NCBI GenBank assembly: GCA_030698625.1
Contig: JAUYMS010000044.1
Span: 30,898-94,897 of the forward strand
Origin: Candidatus Omnitrophota bacterium
GTDB lineage: Bacteria > Omnitrophota > Omnitrophia > Omnitrophales > Aquincolibacteriaceae
Reading direction: 5' to 3'
DNA: 64,000 bases
Made by a program: the position numbers and the translations under genes. The notes under the pieces were generated by a model. That model was not told the origin of the DNA. It ran no database searches and was given only the letters and a program-made list of their open reading frames with translations. This document shows, piece after piece, positions 1 through 9,379 of the stretch; within the stretch, counting starts at the first letter, position 1, and each line of letters starts with the position of its first letter.

Positions 1-917
1 TTGAGCCTCATTTGAGCGTAAAAACATGCAAATTAGCGTTCGGGTACGAGGTTGTCTGCGCCTTCGTCAATGATTGTCTGGACGCAGCGGTGTTGGAGGA
101 ATTATCGCGAAACGGCACGCGCCTGATTGTTTTGCGTTCCGCAGGTTTCAATCATGTCGATATCAAAGCGGCCGAAAAACTGGACATCACGGTTGCGAGG
201 GTTCCGGCTTATTCGCCCCACGGTGTTGCAGAACATGCCGTCGCTCTCATCCTGGCTCTGAATCGGAAGATATACCGGGCCTACAACCGCGTTAGAGAAG
301 GCAACTTCTCATTAGACGGTCTTATAGGTTTTGAGTTGTGCGGGCAGACGGCGGGGGTCCTCGGCACGGGTAAGATAGGGTCTGTTTTTATAAAAATCAT
401 GCAGGGCTTTGGTGTGAATGTCATTGCCTACGACCCCGTGCAGAATCCGGATATTGCGGTCGAGTATGTCGCTTTAGATGAATTATTTTCAAGGAGTGAC
501 ATCATCTCGCTCCATTTACCCTTAACCCCGGCCACAAAACATCTTATTAACAAGCAAACGATCCAATCCATGAAGAAGGGCGTTATGCTCATCAACACAA
601 GCCGCGGCGGCTTGATCGATACCCCGGCTCTAATTTCCGGTCTTAAGTCAGGCGCTATCGGGTATGTCGGCCTGGATGTTTATGAAGAAGAATCCGATAT
701 TTTTTTTGAGGATTTATCGAGTCAAATTATTCAAGATGATATTTTTGCGCGGTTACTCACTTTCCCTAATGTGGTTGTTACGGGACACCAAGCATTTTTT
801 ACCCGGAACGCATTAAAGGCCATAGCAGAAACAACTTTAAGAAACATCCGAGGGTTCCAAGACCGGAACATTCCAAAAAGCAATCTCGTCACCAGCCAAT
901 TGATAGGAGGCAAGTGA
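1..917 (+). CDS. ldhA: D-isomer-specific 2-hydroxyacid dehydrogenase (D-lactate dehydrogenase-like), 5'-truncated at the window edge
   Basis: The translation aligns with fermentative D-lactate dehydrogenases from about residue 55 onward ([19 protein letters not shown]-binding GxGxIG motif 'GVLGTGKIG', catalytic C-terminal half). The frame is open to position 1 with no start codon, so the gene begins upstream of the window. Confidence 0.8.
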   Translation, partial: EPHLSVKTCKLAFGYEVVCAFVNDCLDAAVLEELSRNGTRLIVLRSAGFNHVDIKAAEKLDITVARVPAYSPHGVAEHAVALILALNRKIYRAYNRVREGNFSLDGLIGFELCGQTAGVLGTGKIGSVFIKIMQGFGVNVIAYDPVQNPDIAVEYVALDELFSRSDIISLHLPLTPATKHLINKQTIQSMKKGVMLINTSRGGLIDTPALISGLKSGAIGYVGLDVYEEESDIFFEDLSSQIIQDDIFARLLTFPNVVVTGHQAFFTRNALKAIAETTLRNIRGFQDRNIPKSNLVTSQLIGGK

Positions 918-1606
918 CAACTCTCCGGAGTTTTGAAGAACTGGATTACCGGAAGACGCGCCTGGGTGAGTTAAGTCTCAGGCGGCGGATGGACCCGGTG
1001 GCGGGTGTTGAGGTCTTTGAGGTCAAGCTGGGGGAGGCCTATTTGATGTCGAGCCTGTTTACGGTAGCCGAGACGGAGCTCGCAAGACTTGGGTTGGCCG
1101 GGTTGGATGCCGCCGAGCTTGATGTGCTTGTCGGCGGCCTGGGTTTGGGCTACACGGCGCGTGCGGCACTGGAGCATCCGAAGCTCAGGTCGCTCGTCGT
1201 GGTGGAGGCCCTCCCCGAAGTGATTGATTGGCACAAGCGGGGACTGGTTCCGGCCGGCGCCGAACTGGCCGCTGATAAACGCTGCCGTTTCGTGGCGGAC
1301 GATTTTTTCACGCAAATGAAGTCGGCCGGCGAACGGTATCACGCGATACTGCTCGACATCGATCATTCCCCGCGCAATCTTTTGCACCCCGCCCACGGCG
1401 CGTTTTATCAGCCCGAAGGTTTACGTCACCTGACCGGCCGCCTTCACCCCGGCGGGGTCTTCGCCTTGTGGTCCAATGATCCGCCGGATGAAGCGTTCGA
1501 GAAGGCGCTCAAAGAGGTTTTTGAAACGGTCAAGGCCCACATCGTGAAATTCCACAATCCCTACCAGAACCGCGACTCAAGCAGCACCGTCTACGTCGCC
1601 CGCTAG
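914..1606 (+). CDS. Spermidine-synthase-like (PABS family) aminopropyl/methyltransferase-fold protein
   Basis: GTG start overlaps the ldhA stop (GTGA). The sequence has the polyamine-aminopropyltransferase-like layout and a Rossmann GGLGLGY motif; the family call rests on recall of motifs. Confidence 0.55.
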   Translation: MTTLRSFEELDYRKTRLGELSLRRRMDPVAGVEVFEVKLGEAYLMSSLFTVAETELARLGLAGLDAAELDVLVGGLGLGYTARAALEHPKLRSLVVVEALPEVIDWHKRGLVPAGAELAADKRCRFVADDFFTQMKSAGERYHAILLDIDHSPRNLLHPAHGAFYQPEGLRHLTGRLHPGGVFALWSNDPPDEAFEKALKEVFETVKAHIVKFHNPYQNRDSSSTVYVAR

Positions 1607-1777
1607 TTCTACGAGCCCGCTTGCCGGGAATAACTTGGCATACTATTTGTATATATGCGTCTGTATTTGATTTATACGGCGTTTCTTTCGGGAAAGGCTG
1701 GAAGAAGCCTACATTTTTGTAGTTTCTTACAGTTTTGCTGTATATAGACGAGAATCCGAAAGTGGGACTATGAAATT

Positions 1778-2500
1778 ATGCATACGCAATCAGAAGCCGG
1801 GTCAAAGTCATCGACCGATAGTGTTTCGTTGCTCTACGAGGTCAGCCGGGTTATCGCAACAAACCATTACCGCGATGATATCCTGCTGATGGTGGTTCAA
1901 CTGACGGCACAACTTACGGGCTCGAAGATCTGTTCCATGATGTTAATGAATGAAGCAAAGGATAAGCTCGAAATCAGGGCGACTCAGTGTTTGAGCGAGG
2001 CTTACCGCACTAAGCCGCCGATTCGAGTGGGGCAAAGTATCAGCGGAAGAGCGGTTTTATCCAAGAAGCCGATCGCGGTTTTGGATATAAGTCAGGACAA
2101 AGATTACCAATATCCTGAGATTGCAAAGGCTGAGGGAGTTTGTTCTTTAGCGGCTGTTCCGATGATCGCCAAAGATCACGTGATTGGGGTTTTGAACTGC
2201 TACACGTCGGAGCCGCATGTCTTCAGTGAGGAGGAGTTAAAGATTCTCTCGGGCGTGGCGAATCAAGCGGCTATGGCGGTTGAGAACACCCAATTGCTTG
2301 CAGAAAAAATTCAGATGTTTGAACAGTTGGAGGCGCGAAAGAGCGTCGATAACGCGAAGCGGATTTTAATGAAACAACAGGGTATCAGTGAAGATGCCGC
2401 CCATAAACTGCTTCAAAAGCAAAGCATGAACAAAAGGAAGACGCTTAAGGAAATTGCCGAAGCGATCATATTGTCGGCTGAAATAATTCGGCCGAATTAG
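1778..2500 (+). CDS. GAF-ANTAR RNA-binding antitermination regulator (NasT/NasR functional analogue)
   Basis: N-terminal GAF domain and a C-terminal ANTAR helix signature (AKRILMKQQGISEDAAHKLLQKQSMNKRKTLKEIAE). It lies immediately upstream of nirBD. Confidence 0.75.
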   Translation: MHTQSEAGSKSSTDSVSLLYEVSRVIATNHYRDDILLMVVQLTAQLTGSKICSMMLMNEAKDKLEIRATQCLSEAYRTKPPIRVGQSISGRAVLSKKPIAVLDISQDKDYQYPEIAKAEGVCSLAAVPMIAKDHVIGVLNCYTSEPHVFSEEELKILSGVANQAAMAVENTQLLAEKIQMFEQLEARKSVDNAKRILMKQQGISEDAAHKLLQKQSMNKRKTLKEIAEAIILSAEIIRPN

Positions 2501-2503
2501 ATC

Positions 2504-2529
2504 AGTCCCGGACAACGGTGTCCGGGACT
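2504..2529 (+). terminator. Perfect 11-bp-stem hairpin (AGTCCCGGACA-ACGG-TGTCCGGGACT) just after the GAF-ANTAR stop
   Basis: The inverted repeat is read directly from the sequence. It is followed by AAAAATTTAT, a weak U-tract. It is either the terminator of the regulator gene or the first ANTAR-target hairpin of the nirB leader. Confidence 0.45.
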
Positions 2530-2575
2530 AAAAATTTATAAAGCGGTCAAGATGGCCCGCGCGAGTCGAACAAAG

Positions 2576-2611
2576 GCGTTCAACTAAAAAGTTGAGCGCC
2601 TCTTTCAATTT
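2576..2611 (+). promoter_or_regulatory. nirB leader hairpin (9-bp stem, hexaloop UAAAAA) followed by a U-rich tract; candidate ANTAR-controlled intrinsic terminator
   Basis: GCGTTCAAC-TAAAAA-GTTGAGCGC then CTCTTTCAATTT, about 40 nt upstream of the nirB RBS (AAAGGAG). Confidence 0.4.
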
Positions 2612-2641
2612 ACGGGGCATTTAAAAGGAGATATTAAAACT

Positions 2642-5089
2642 ATGTCGGACAAAAAACATCTTGTGGTGGTTGGGAACGGAATGGCGGGGATGGCTTGCCT
2701 GAGCAATATTCTGAAGAGGCAGCCCAACTTCGTGGTTACGGTATTGAGTGAAGAGCCTTATTGCAACTATAACCGCATTCTCTTGTCTTCGGTCCTCTCC
2801 GGTGAAAAACCGGAAGAGGATATCTATATCAATACGGAAGAGTGGTACGAAAAAAATAATATTTGCCTAAGGCTCGGCACGAAAGCCGTGGACATTAACG
2901 CAAAGACACAGAACATCATCTGCCAGGACGGGTCTCTGGTGCATTACGACAAACTACTAATCGCGACCGGCAGTGACCCTTTTATTCCGCCGATCGACGG
3001 TGTGAAAAAGCGGGGGGTCTACACGTTCCGGAATCTTGCCGATACGCGCGCGATTCTTGAGCAGTGCCGGGCCAAGACGGGCCGTGCCGTTGTGATCGGC
3101 GGCGGACTGCTCGGGCTTGAAGCCGCGCGCGGCCTCTTGAACCAGGGGATGAAGGTCAGCGTCGTGCACATCATGGACCGGCTCATGGAAAGACAGGTCG
3201 ACGAAAAGGGCGGCTGGTTCCTTAAGCGGGAATTTGAAAAGATGGGGATCGATGTGCTCCTGAAGAGAAGCACGGCAAGAATCATGGGTGATAAGGACGT
3301 AGACGGCGTGCTCTTTAAGGACGGCGAAATCATCGGTGCGGACATGGTAGTTGTCGCCTGCGGCATTCGGCCAAATGTGGCCCTCGGAAAGAAAGCGGGC
3401 CTCCAGGTCAACCGCGGCATCGTGGTTAACGATTATATGGAGACGAATAATCCGGATATTTTTGCAGTGGGGGAATGTGTCGAGCACCGGGGCATGGTCT
3501 ACGGGCTCGTCGCTCCGCTGTGGGACCAGGGGAAGGTTCTTGCGGCGACCATTACGGGCGACAAGGGGCCCACCTATGAAGGTTCGGTTTTAGCGACAAA
3601 GTTAAAAGTGATGGGCATCGAGCTTTTTTCCGCCGGCGAGTTTATGCCGGAAGAACCCGAAAAAGAAGTGGTCGCCTACGAAGACCACGCCTTTGGGATT
3701 TATAAAAAGCTCGTGGTCAAAAATGAGCGGCTGGTCGGCGCTATTCTCATCGGGGACTCCTCCGACGCCAATCGGTTTCTCGATATGATTCGCAAGAACG
3801 AACGTGTTTCGGGGGACCGGCACCGGCTTCTTTTTGAAACCCCTCCAGCCGTGCCGGGTTCCCCCACAGACGTGATGTCGAAGCCCGACACCGAAACTAT
3901 TTGCGGTTGTATCGGGGTGAGTAAAGGACAAATCGTATCGGCCATTCGTGAGGACGGATGCCGCAGCGTCCAGGACATTAAGAAATGCACCAAGGCATCG
4001 ACCGGCTGCGGCACCTGTACGGGCCTGGTCGAGCAGATTCTCCGCGCGGTTGCCGGTTCAGAAGTCGAGGAAGTAAAAGAGAAAGTCGTTTGTGAATGCA
4101 TCCCTTTTCCCAAAGAAAAATTACGCAATATCATTAAAACGCAAAACCTCAAAAGCGTTCAGGACGTGCTCGAGGTTTATGGGAACGGAACAGGGTGCCT
4201 TGCCTGCAAGCCGGCACTTGGCTTCATTGTCGATGAGGTGTGGTGCGGCGACCACGAAGAACAGCGCTCTGCCCGATTTATCAATGACCGGGTGCATGCC
4301 AACATTCAACGTGACGGCACGTTTTCGGTGATCCCGCGAATGCGCGGCGGGGTGACGAGCCCGGCACAGCTTCGCAAGATTGCCGATGTCGCGGAGAAAT
4401 ACAAAGTTCCCATGGTGAAAGTCACGGGGAGTCAGCGCATCGACCTTCTGGGTGTCAAAAAAGAAGATCTTCCCAAAATGTGGGCCGATCTGGATATGAC
4501 GTCCGGGTACGCGTATGCCAAGGCCGTTCGTATGGTGAAGTCCTGCGTCGGTACGGATTTTTGCCGTTTCGGAACACAGAACTCCATTCAAACCGGTATC
4601 GATCTTGAAACTGCGCTCGAAGGGCTGCACACGCCCGCGAAAGTGAAATTGGGAGTTGTCGGCTGCCCCCGCAACTGTGCCGAGGCCACGGTCAAAGACA
4701 TCGGCCTCGTGGGGATCGAAGGCGGGTGGCAGGTTGTGATCGGGGGCGCGGCAGGAAAGACCGTGCGCGCGGCAGACATTCTGCTCGTCGTGGAGACCAA
4801 AGAACAGGCCTTCGAGGCGGCGTTTCTGTTTTTTCAGTATTACAGAGAGAACGGTGAGTATCTGGAAAGGACCTATGATTTTGTCGAGCGCTTGGGCCTG
4901 GAAAAGATTCGTCAGGAGACGATCCTTGCATCGGATGAAAAGAAAAGAGGGCTGCTCGAGCGCTTAAAAAAATCAAAGTCCAAAGTCGTTAACCCGTGGA
5001 ATGAGCACAAGAAACCGGTTCATCCCATGCAGTTCGATGATTTTGTTTTACCCAAGGACAAGGAAGCCTTGATTGGGAGTCCGTCATGA
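2642..5089 (+). CDS. nirB: Assimilatory NAD(P)H-nitrite reductase large subunit
   Basis: 815 aa. N-terminal FAD/NAD pyridine-nucleotide-disulfide oxidoreductase fold (VVVGNGMAG), BFD-like 2Fe-2S, and a sirohaem/4Fe-4S nitrite-sulfite reductase domain with CxxxC cysteine clusters. Strong RBS. Confidence 0.9.
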   Translation: MSDKKHLVVVGNGMAGMACLSNILKRQPNFVVTVLSEEPYCNYNRILLSSVLSGEKPEEDIYINTEEWYEKNNICLRLGTKAVDINAKTQNIICQDGSLVHYDKLLIATGSDPFIPPIDGVKKRGVYTFRNLADTRAILEQCRAKTGRAVVIGGGLLGLEAARGLLNQGMKVSVVHIMDRLMERQVDEKGGWFLKREFEKMGIDVLLKRSTARIMGDKDVDGVLFKDGEIIGADMVVVACGIRPNVALGKKAGLQVNRGIVVNDYMETNNPDIFAVGECVEHRGMVYGLVAPLWDQGKVLAATITGDKGPTYEGSVLATKLKVMGIELFSAGEFMPEEPEKEVVAYEDHAFGIYKKLVVKNERLVGAILIGDSSDANRFLDMIRKNERVSGDRHRLLFETPPAVPGSPTDVMSKPDTETICGCIGVSKGQIVSAIREDGCRSVQDIKKCTKASTGCGTCTGLVEQILRAVAGSEVEEVKEKVVCECIPFPKEKLRNIIKTQNLKSVQDVLEVYGNGTGCLACKPALGFIVDEVWCGDHEEQRSARFINDRVHANIQRDGTFSVIPRMRGGVTSPAQLRKIADVAEKYKVPMVKVTGSQRIDLLGVKKEDLPKMWADLDMTSGYAYAKAVRMVKSCVGTDFCRFGTQNSIQTGIDLETALEGLHTPAKVKLGVVGCPRNCAEATVKDIGLVGIEGGWQVVIGGAAGKTVRAADILLVVETKEQAFEAAFLFFQYYRENGEYLERTYDFVERLGLEKIRQETILASDEKKRGLLERLKKSKSKVVNPWNEHKKPVHPMQFDDFVLPKDKEALIGSPS

Positions 5090-5418
5090 ATACGACAGAA
5101 CAAACCAAGTGGTATTTGATTTCAGAGACGCATCTTTTTCCGGAGCGGGAGGGGAAGCGGGTTCATTTTAAGGACTATGATATCGCCGTCTTCAATCTGG
5201 GAAACGGCCGCTTTAGGGCTATTGACAATACTTGTCCCCATAAGCAGGGGCCGCTTGCCGATGGGATTGTTGCCGGCGAGAACGTTTTTTGTCCGCTTCA
5301 CGCGCTGAAGATCGATCTCGGGTCCGGCTGCGCCGTGGAAGCCAACGGAAAAGTGAGATCCTATCCGGTTCAAGTCTACAACGCAAAGGTCTACGTGGCC
5401 TTTGACGAGGGTGAGTGA
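5086..5418 (+). CDS. nirD: Nitrite reductase small subunit (Rieske-like)
   Basis: 110 aa with CPH...CPLH Rieske-type motifs. The start overlaps the nirB stop (ATGA). Confidence 0.85.
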   Translation: MNTTEQTKWYLISETHLFPEREGKRVHFKDYDIAVFNLGNGRFRAIDNTCPHKQGPLADGIVAGENVFCPLHALKIDLGSGCAVEANGKVRSYPVQVYNAKVYVAFDEGE

Positions 5419-7141
5419 TGAGAGAAGGGAAGGCCAGCGCGTGAATGTTTCTACCCAGGAATTTAATTTGATCGACCTGCTCGATGAGGGGGCCCTGCCG
5501 CTAAAAAACCGCATCGACACGGGCGGTTTTTATGCGCCGCGGGAGGCTCAACCGAAAGGGAATGCCTCGTCATTGATTCCCGAGGAACCTTTGAAAGAAG
5601 GCGAACAATACCGTTTTCACTTTAATATGGCCAGCTGCGTCGGCTGTAATTGTTGTGTGGTGGCGTGCAATGAGCAAAACGGTAATCCTGCGGATGTGAA
5701 TTGGAGACGGGTCGGCGAGATCGAAGGCGGTATCTATCCGGAGACAAAACGCTTTCATATTTCTATGGCGTGTAATCATTGCCTGGATCCGTCCTGTCTC
5801 ACGGGATGTCCCACGGATGCCTATATAAAATTGGATGATGGGATTGTTCAGCACCAAGCCGAGGAATGTATCGGATGCGGTTACTGCACGTGGAATTGTC
5901 CCTACGGCGTACCGCAATATAACCCCGAGCGAAATATCGTGACCAAATGCGACATGTGCCACGGCCGCCTTAAGGACGGAGAGATGCCGGCCTGCGTTGC
6001 GGCCTGCCCCGAGAGCGCCATCCGCATTGAAAAAGTAGACGTCAAAGAATGGCGCGAAAATCACCTGCAGGCCGATGCCCCGTTTGTGCCGGACTCCGGG
6101 ATGACCCTTTCGACGACACGTATCACTTTGCCCGCAGATGTCCCGATCGATATGATGAAAGGGAATCGCCATCGCATAGAACCCGAAAGGCCGCATACCT
6201 CTCTTATCGTTTTAACCACCTTAACCCAGTTGGCGATGGGCGGTTTCTTCACGCTGTGGCTCGGTGATCTTCTCTCGAAATTTGTCTCTCACTTTAATCC
6301 GATGAAGAGTTTTATGCCTTTCGGAGCGGCCGGGATGCTCGTGGTCACCGGTGTTGCGCTCCTTGCAGCCGTTTTTCACTTAGGCCGTCCGCTTCATGCT
6401 TATAAGGCGCTGAGGATGTGGAGGCGTTCCTGGTTATCGCGCGAAGTGCTTCTGTTTGCGGTCTTTTCGCATGTGGGCGCTCTTTACGCCGCTTTGCAGC
6501 TGGCCGTTTATTATTGGTCCTGGCCGATCCCCGAAGTCATCCTGTTTTTTCTGGGCGGGCTTGTCGTGCTGAGCGGATTTGCGGGGGTGTATGCCAGTGC
6601 CAAAATCTACCTTGTGCCGGCGCGGCCCGCGTGGAACACGATTCGAACGCCGCTTCGGTTCTTTCTTACGGGGTTTATCACCGGGCCGCTCTTCAGTCTC
6701 GTTGTTTACGCCTTCTACGTAAGGACCCAAACGCCTGATTATGTGAAAATGTATTTTCAGGCACCCGCGGTCACATTTTTACTGATTTCGATCGCGGCAG
6801 GCGCCGCCCAGCTTGTGGTCTTGCTCTCCCGGCTGTTTCATTTGCGTGAGTCCATCTCTGATGAGCTGTATGGTGCCTCGTTTCTTTTAATTCACCGGTT
6901 TAAACATTTATTTTTAACCCGATTGGCACTCCTGGTTCTCGGTGCCTTTCTTTTTCCGTTTCTTCTTATTTACGAGCTCGGCCTCGGGGGAGTATCGCAT
7001 ACCGGTTTTATCGGGCTGTCGGTCACCTCTTTTATGCTCGCTTTCCTCGGGGAATGGATCGGCCGCTACCTTTTCTTTGTCACGGTCGTCCCTAAAAATA
7101 TGCCGGGATCATTTTTTACTAAAAATGGCGGCGGTCATTAA
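5402..7141 (+). CDS. Fused 4Fe-4S dicluster ferredoxin (DmsB-like) / NrfD-PsrC-like polytopic membrane anchor; putative electron-donor subunit for the downstream nitrate reductase
   Basis: The N-terminal ~220 aa carry four Cys clusters (CVGCNCCVVAC, CNHCLDPSC, CIGCGYCTWNC, CDMCHGRLKDGEMPACVAAC). The C-terminal ~330 aa have about 8 predicted TM helices. The start is ambiguous: TTG 5402, GTG 5411 or GTG 5441. Confidence 0.65.
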   Translation: MTRVSDERREGQRVNVSTQEFNLIDLLDEGALPLKNRIDTGGFYAPREAQPKGNASSLIPEEPLKEGEQYRFHFNMASCVGCNCCVVACNEQNGNPADVNWRRVGEIEGGIYPETKRFHISMACNHCLDPSCLTGCPTDAYIKLDDGIVQHQAEECIGCGYCTWNCPYGVPQYNPERNIVTKCDMCHGRLKDGEMPACVAACPESAIRIEKVDVKEWRENHLQADAPFVPDSGMTLSTTRITLPADVPIDMMKGNRHRIEPERPHTSLIVLTTLTQLAMGGFFTLWLGDLLSKFVSHFNPMKSFMPFGAAGMLVVTGVALLAAVFHLGRPLHAYKALRMWRRSWLSREVLLFAVFSHVGALYAALQLAVYYWSWPIPEVILFFLGGLVVLSGFAGVYASAKIYLVPARPAWNTIRTPLRFFLTGFITGPLFSLVVYAFYVRTQTPDYVKMYFQAPAVTFLLISIAAGAAQLVVLLSRLFHLRESISDELYGASFLLIHRFKHLFLTRLALLVLGAFLFPFLLIYELGLGGVSHTGFIGLSVTSFMLAFLGEWIGRYLFFVTVVPKNMPGSFFTKNGGGH

Positions 7142-9364
7142 ATGAAAAAGGATTATTTCCAGGCACTCAAACAACGGCTGGGTATCGATACGCTTCAGGA
7201 AAAGTATGCCTATGATATCGATGAACAGTACGGTTTTATGTCCAAGTCCAAAATTCCGGATCGCTGGGTCGCGACCACTTGCGGTTATTGCTCGGTCGGC
7301 TGTGGTATGCATATCGGCGTAAAGGATGGTGCTGCCGTTAGTGTTCGCGGTGATGAGAAACATCCGGTCAATGAAGGGCGGCTCTGTCCAAAGGGCCTTG
7401 CCGAACACTATGCGATTGCGGCACCCAACCGCGCTTTGCATCCGTTACTCAAAGTGGACGGCAAGTTTCAAAAAATCAGTTGGCCCTCGGCCATTCATAC
7501 CCTGGTGTCCAGATTTCGCGAAATTCAAGCCAAGTATGGCGAGGATTCCCTGGGCGTTATTAGCACGGGCCAGCTCGTGACCGAGGAATTTTACGCCATG
7601 GGAAAACTCGTGCAACTCGGTTTTAAAACTAAAAATTTCGACGGCAATACCACCCTGTGTATGGCCAGCGCGGTCTCCGGTTATAAACGGTCTTTCGGGA
7701 GCGACGGCCCGCCGGGCGCTTACGAGGATTTGGAAAAGTCGGATCTGATTTTTCTGGTAGGGGCCAATATTGCCGACAATCATCCGATTCTTTGCTACCG
7801 CCTCGAAAAGAATAAGAAAAAGATTCTGATGGTTGCCGACCCTCGTGTCACAAAAACGGCCATGATGGCCGACGTGTTCCTTCCCGTGAAGCCTCGCACC
7901 GATATTGCATTGTTGAACGCAATGATGCATGTGTTGATCAAAGAGGGTTTGATTAACACGGACTATATCAAAAAGCACACGGTAGGCTTTGAAGAACTGA
8001 AAAAACACTTGGAGGCCTATTCGCCGCAGCGGGTGAGTAAGATCACAGGTTTACCGGTGGATCAAATTCGCCGCGCGGCTTTGCTTTACGGTCACGCCAA
8101 GGCACCCTTCATCGGATGGACCATGGGGGTTAATCACAGCACCCAAGGCGCTGAGACTGTGAACGTTATCTGTAATTTGGCGCTTCTGACCGGAAACGTC
8201 GGGCGGGTCGGCGCCTCGCCTTTTTCCATTACGGGGCAGTGCAATGCAATGGGGACTCGCGAGACCGGATTTACCTCGAGCATTCCCGGCTACCGCAAGT
8301 TTGAAAATCCCGACGACCGTAAAGAGATTTCAATGTTGTGGCAGGTTTCAGAGTCTGAGATTCCGGAGTCGAGAGGTCTTGCTTATCCCGACATTATCGA
8401 AGGCGTTCTCTCCAGGAAAATTCGAGGCCTCTGGATCATCGCAACCAACCCGCTCGTGTCGTTTCCTAACCAGGCTTACCTCCGAGAGGCCTTAGAGGGG
8501 CTTGATTTTCTTGTCGTCCAAGACGGGTTTCACCCCATCCCGACATCTGAGGTCGCCGACCTGGTCTTACCGGCCGCGATTTGGGGTGAAAAAGAGGGGA
8601 CCTTTACGAATTCAGAAAGGCGTGTCAGCAAAGCGAATCAAGCCGTCGCTCCGCAGGGCGAAGCGAAATCGGATTTTGATATCTTCTTAGCGCTCGCGAA
8701 AGAAATGGGTGTGGAGAAAAAGATTTTTCCGGGTTGGACAAAGCCGGAAGACGCATTTAATGAGTGGAAAAAAGTTTCAAGAGGCCGTTTATGCGATTAC
8801 TCAGGCATGACCTATCAGATGATCGAAGAGAAGGGCGGCATCCAGTGGCCCTTCGGGGAATCGAACGAAGCGCGAAATCCCGCAGAAACCAGCCGCCTTT
8901 ATGCGGACGGCCTGTTTCCGACAGAAAATAAAAAAGCCCGGCTTTGGTCTGTGGAGTGGCAGCCTCCCTCCGAACAGCCGGACGCGGAATTCCCATTCTG
9001 GCTGAACACCGGAAGAACCGTTGAACATTGGCATACGCGAACGAAAACAGGCCAGATCCCTATTCTCGATAAATTATCACCCGAAGCCTGGGTGGAGATG
9101 AATGCCCGCGATGCGAAAAAACTCGGATTCAGTCACGGTGATTACGTGGCCGTCATATCGCGGCGCGGTCGTATCGCCAAGATCATTTTAAGAGTGACCG
9201 AGACGGTTGCGCCCGGCCAGGTGTTTATTCCTTTTCATTTTGCGGAAGCGAATGCGAACAACTTAACGCTAAACGAATTTTGCCCGATCTCTCGCGAGCC
9301 CAATTACAAGCAGAGCGCGGTCCGTATCGGGAAATCAGAAATTCCGATTTTTGCCAAACACTGA
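7142..9364 (+). CDS. nasA: Assimilatory nitrate reductase catalytic subunit (Mo-bisPGD, NasA/NarB type), no Tat signal
   Basis: 740 aa. N-terminal 4Fe-4S motif CGYCSVGCGM, a molybdopterin oxidoreductase fold and a C-terminal MopB domain. No RR twin-arginine leader, so the enzyme is predicted cytoplasmic. ATG is immediately after the preceding stop. Confidence 0.85.
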   Translation: MKKDYFQALKQRLGIDTLQEKYAYDIDEQYGFMSKSKIPDRWVATTCGYCSVGCGMHIGVKDGAAVSVRGDEKHPVNEGRLCPKGLAEHYAIAAPNRALHPLLKVDGKFQKISWPSAIHTLVSRFREIQAKYGEDSLGVISTGQLVTEEFYAMGKLVQLGFKTKNFDGNTTLCMASAVSGYKRSFGSDGPPGAYEDLEKSDLIFLVGANIADNHPILCYRLEKNKKKILMVADPRVTKTAMMADVFLPVKPRTDIALLNAMMHVLIKEGLINTDYIKKHTVGFEELKKHLEAYSPQRVSKITGLPVDQIRRAALLYGHAKAPFIGWTMGVNHSTQGAETVNVICNLALLTGNVGRVGASPFSITGQCNAMGTRETGFTSSIPGYRKFENPDDRKEISMLWQVSESEIPESRGLAYPDIIEGVLSRKIRGLWIIATNPLVSFPNQAYLREALEGLDFLVVQDGFHPIPTSEVADLVLPAAIWGEKEGTFTNSERRVSKANQAVAPQGEAKSDFDIFLALAKEMGVEKKIFPGWTKPEDAFNEWKKVSRGRLCDYSGMTYQMIEEKGGIQWPFGESNEARNPAETSRLYADGLFPTENKKARLWSVEWQPPSEQPDAEFPFWLNTGRTVEHWHTRTKTGQIPILDKLSPEAWVEMNARDAKKLGFSHGDYVAVISRRGRIAKIILRVTETVAPGQVFIPFHFAEANANNLTLNEFCPISREPNYKQSAVRIGKSEIPIFAKH

Positions 9365-9379
9365 TGTAGGAGGCTAACC

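Noticed and set aside
971-1396. 141-aa minus-strand ORF inside the spermidine-synthase-like gene
   Set aside because: It lies entirely antisense to a well-supported + strand gene in GC-rich sequence. There is no RBS and no domain. This is a typical high-GC antisense artefact. The same applies to the - ORFs 2957..3487, 3700..4152, 4121..4630, 5570..6196, 7445..8008, 23280..23903, 25800..26627, 26987..27886, 55515..56003, 59545..60162 and others.
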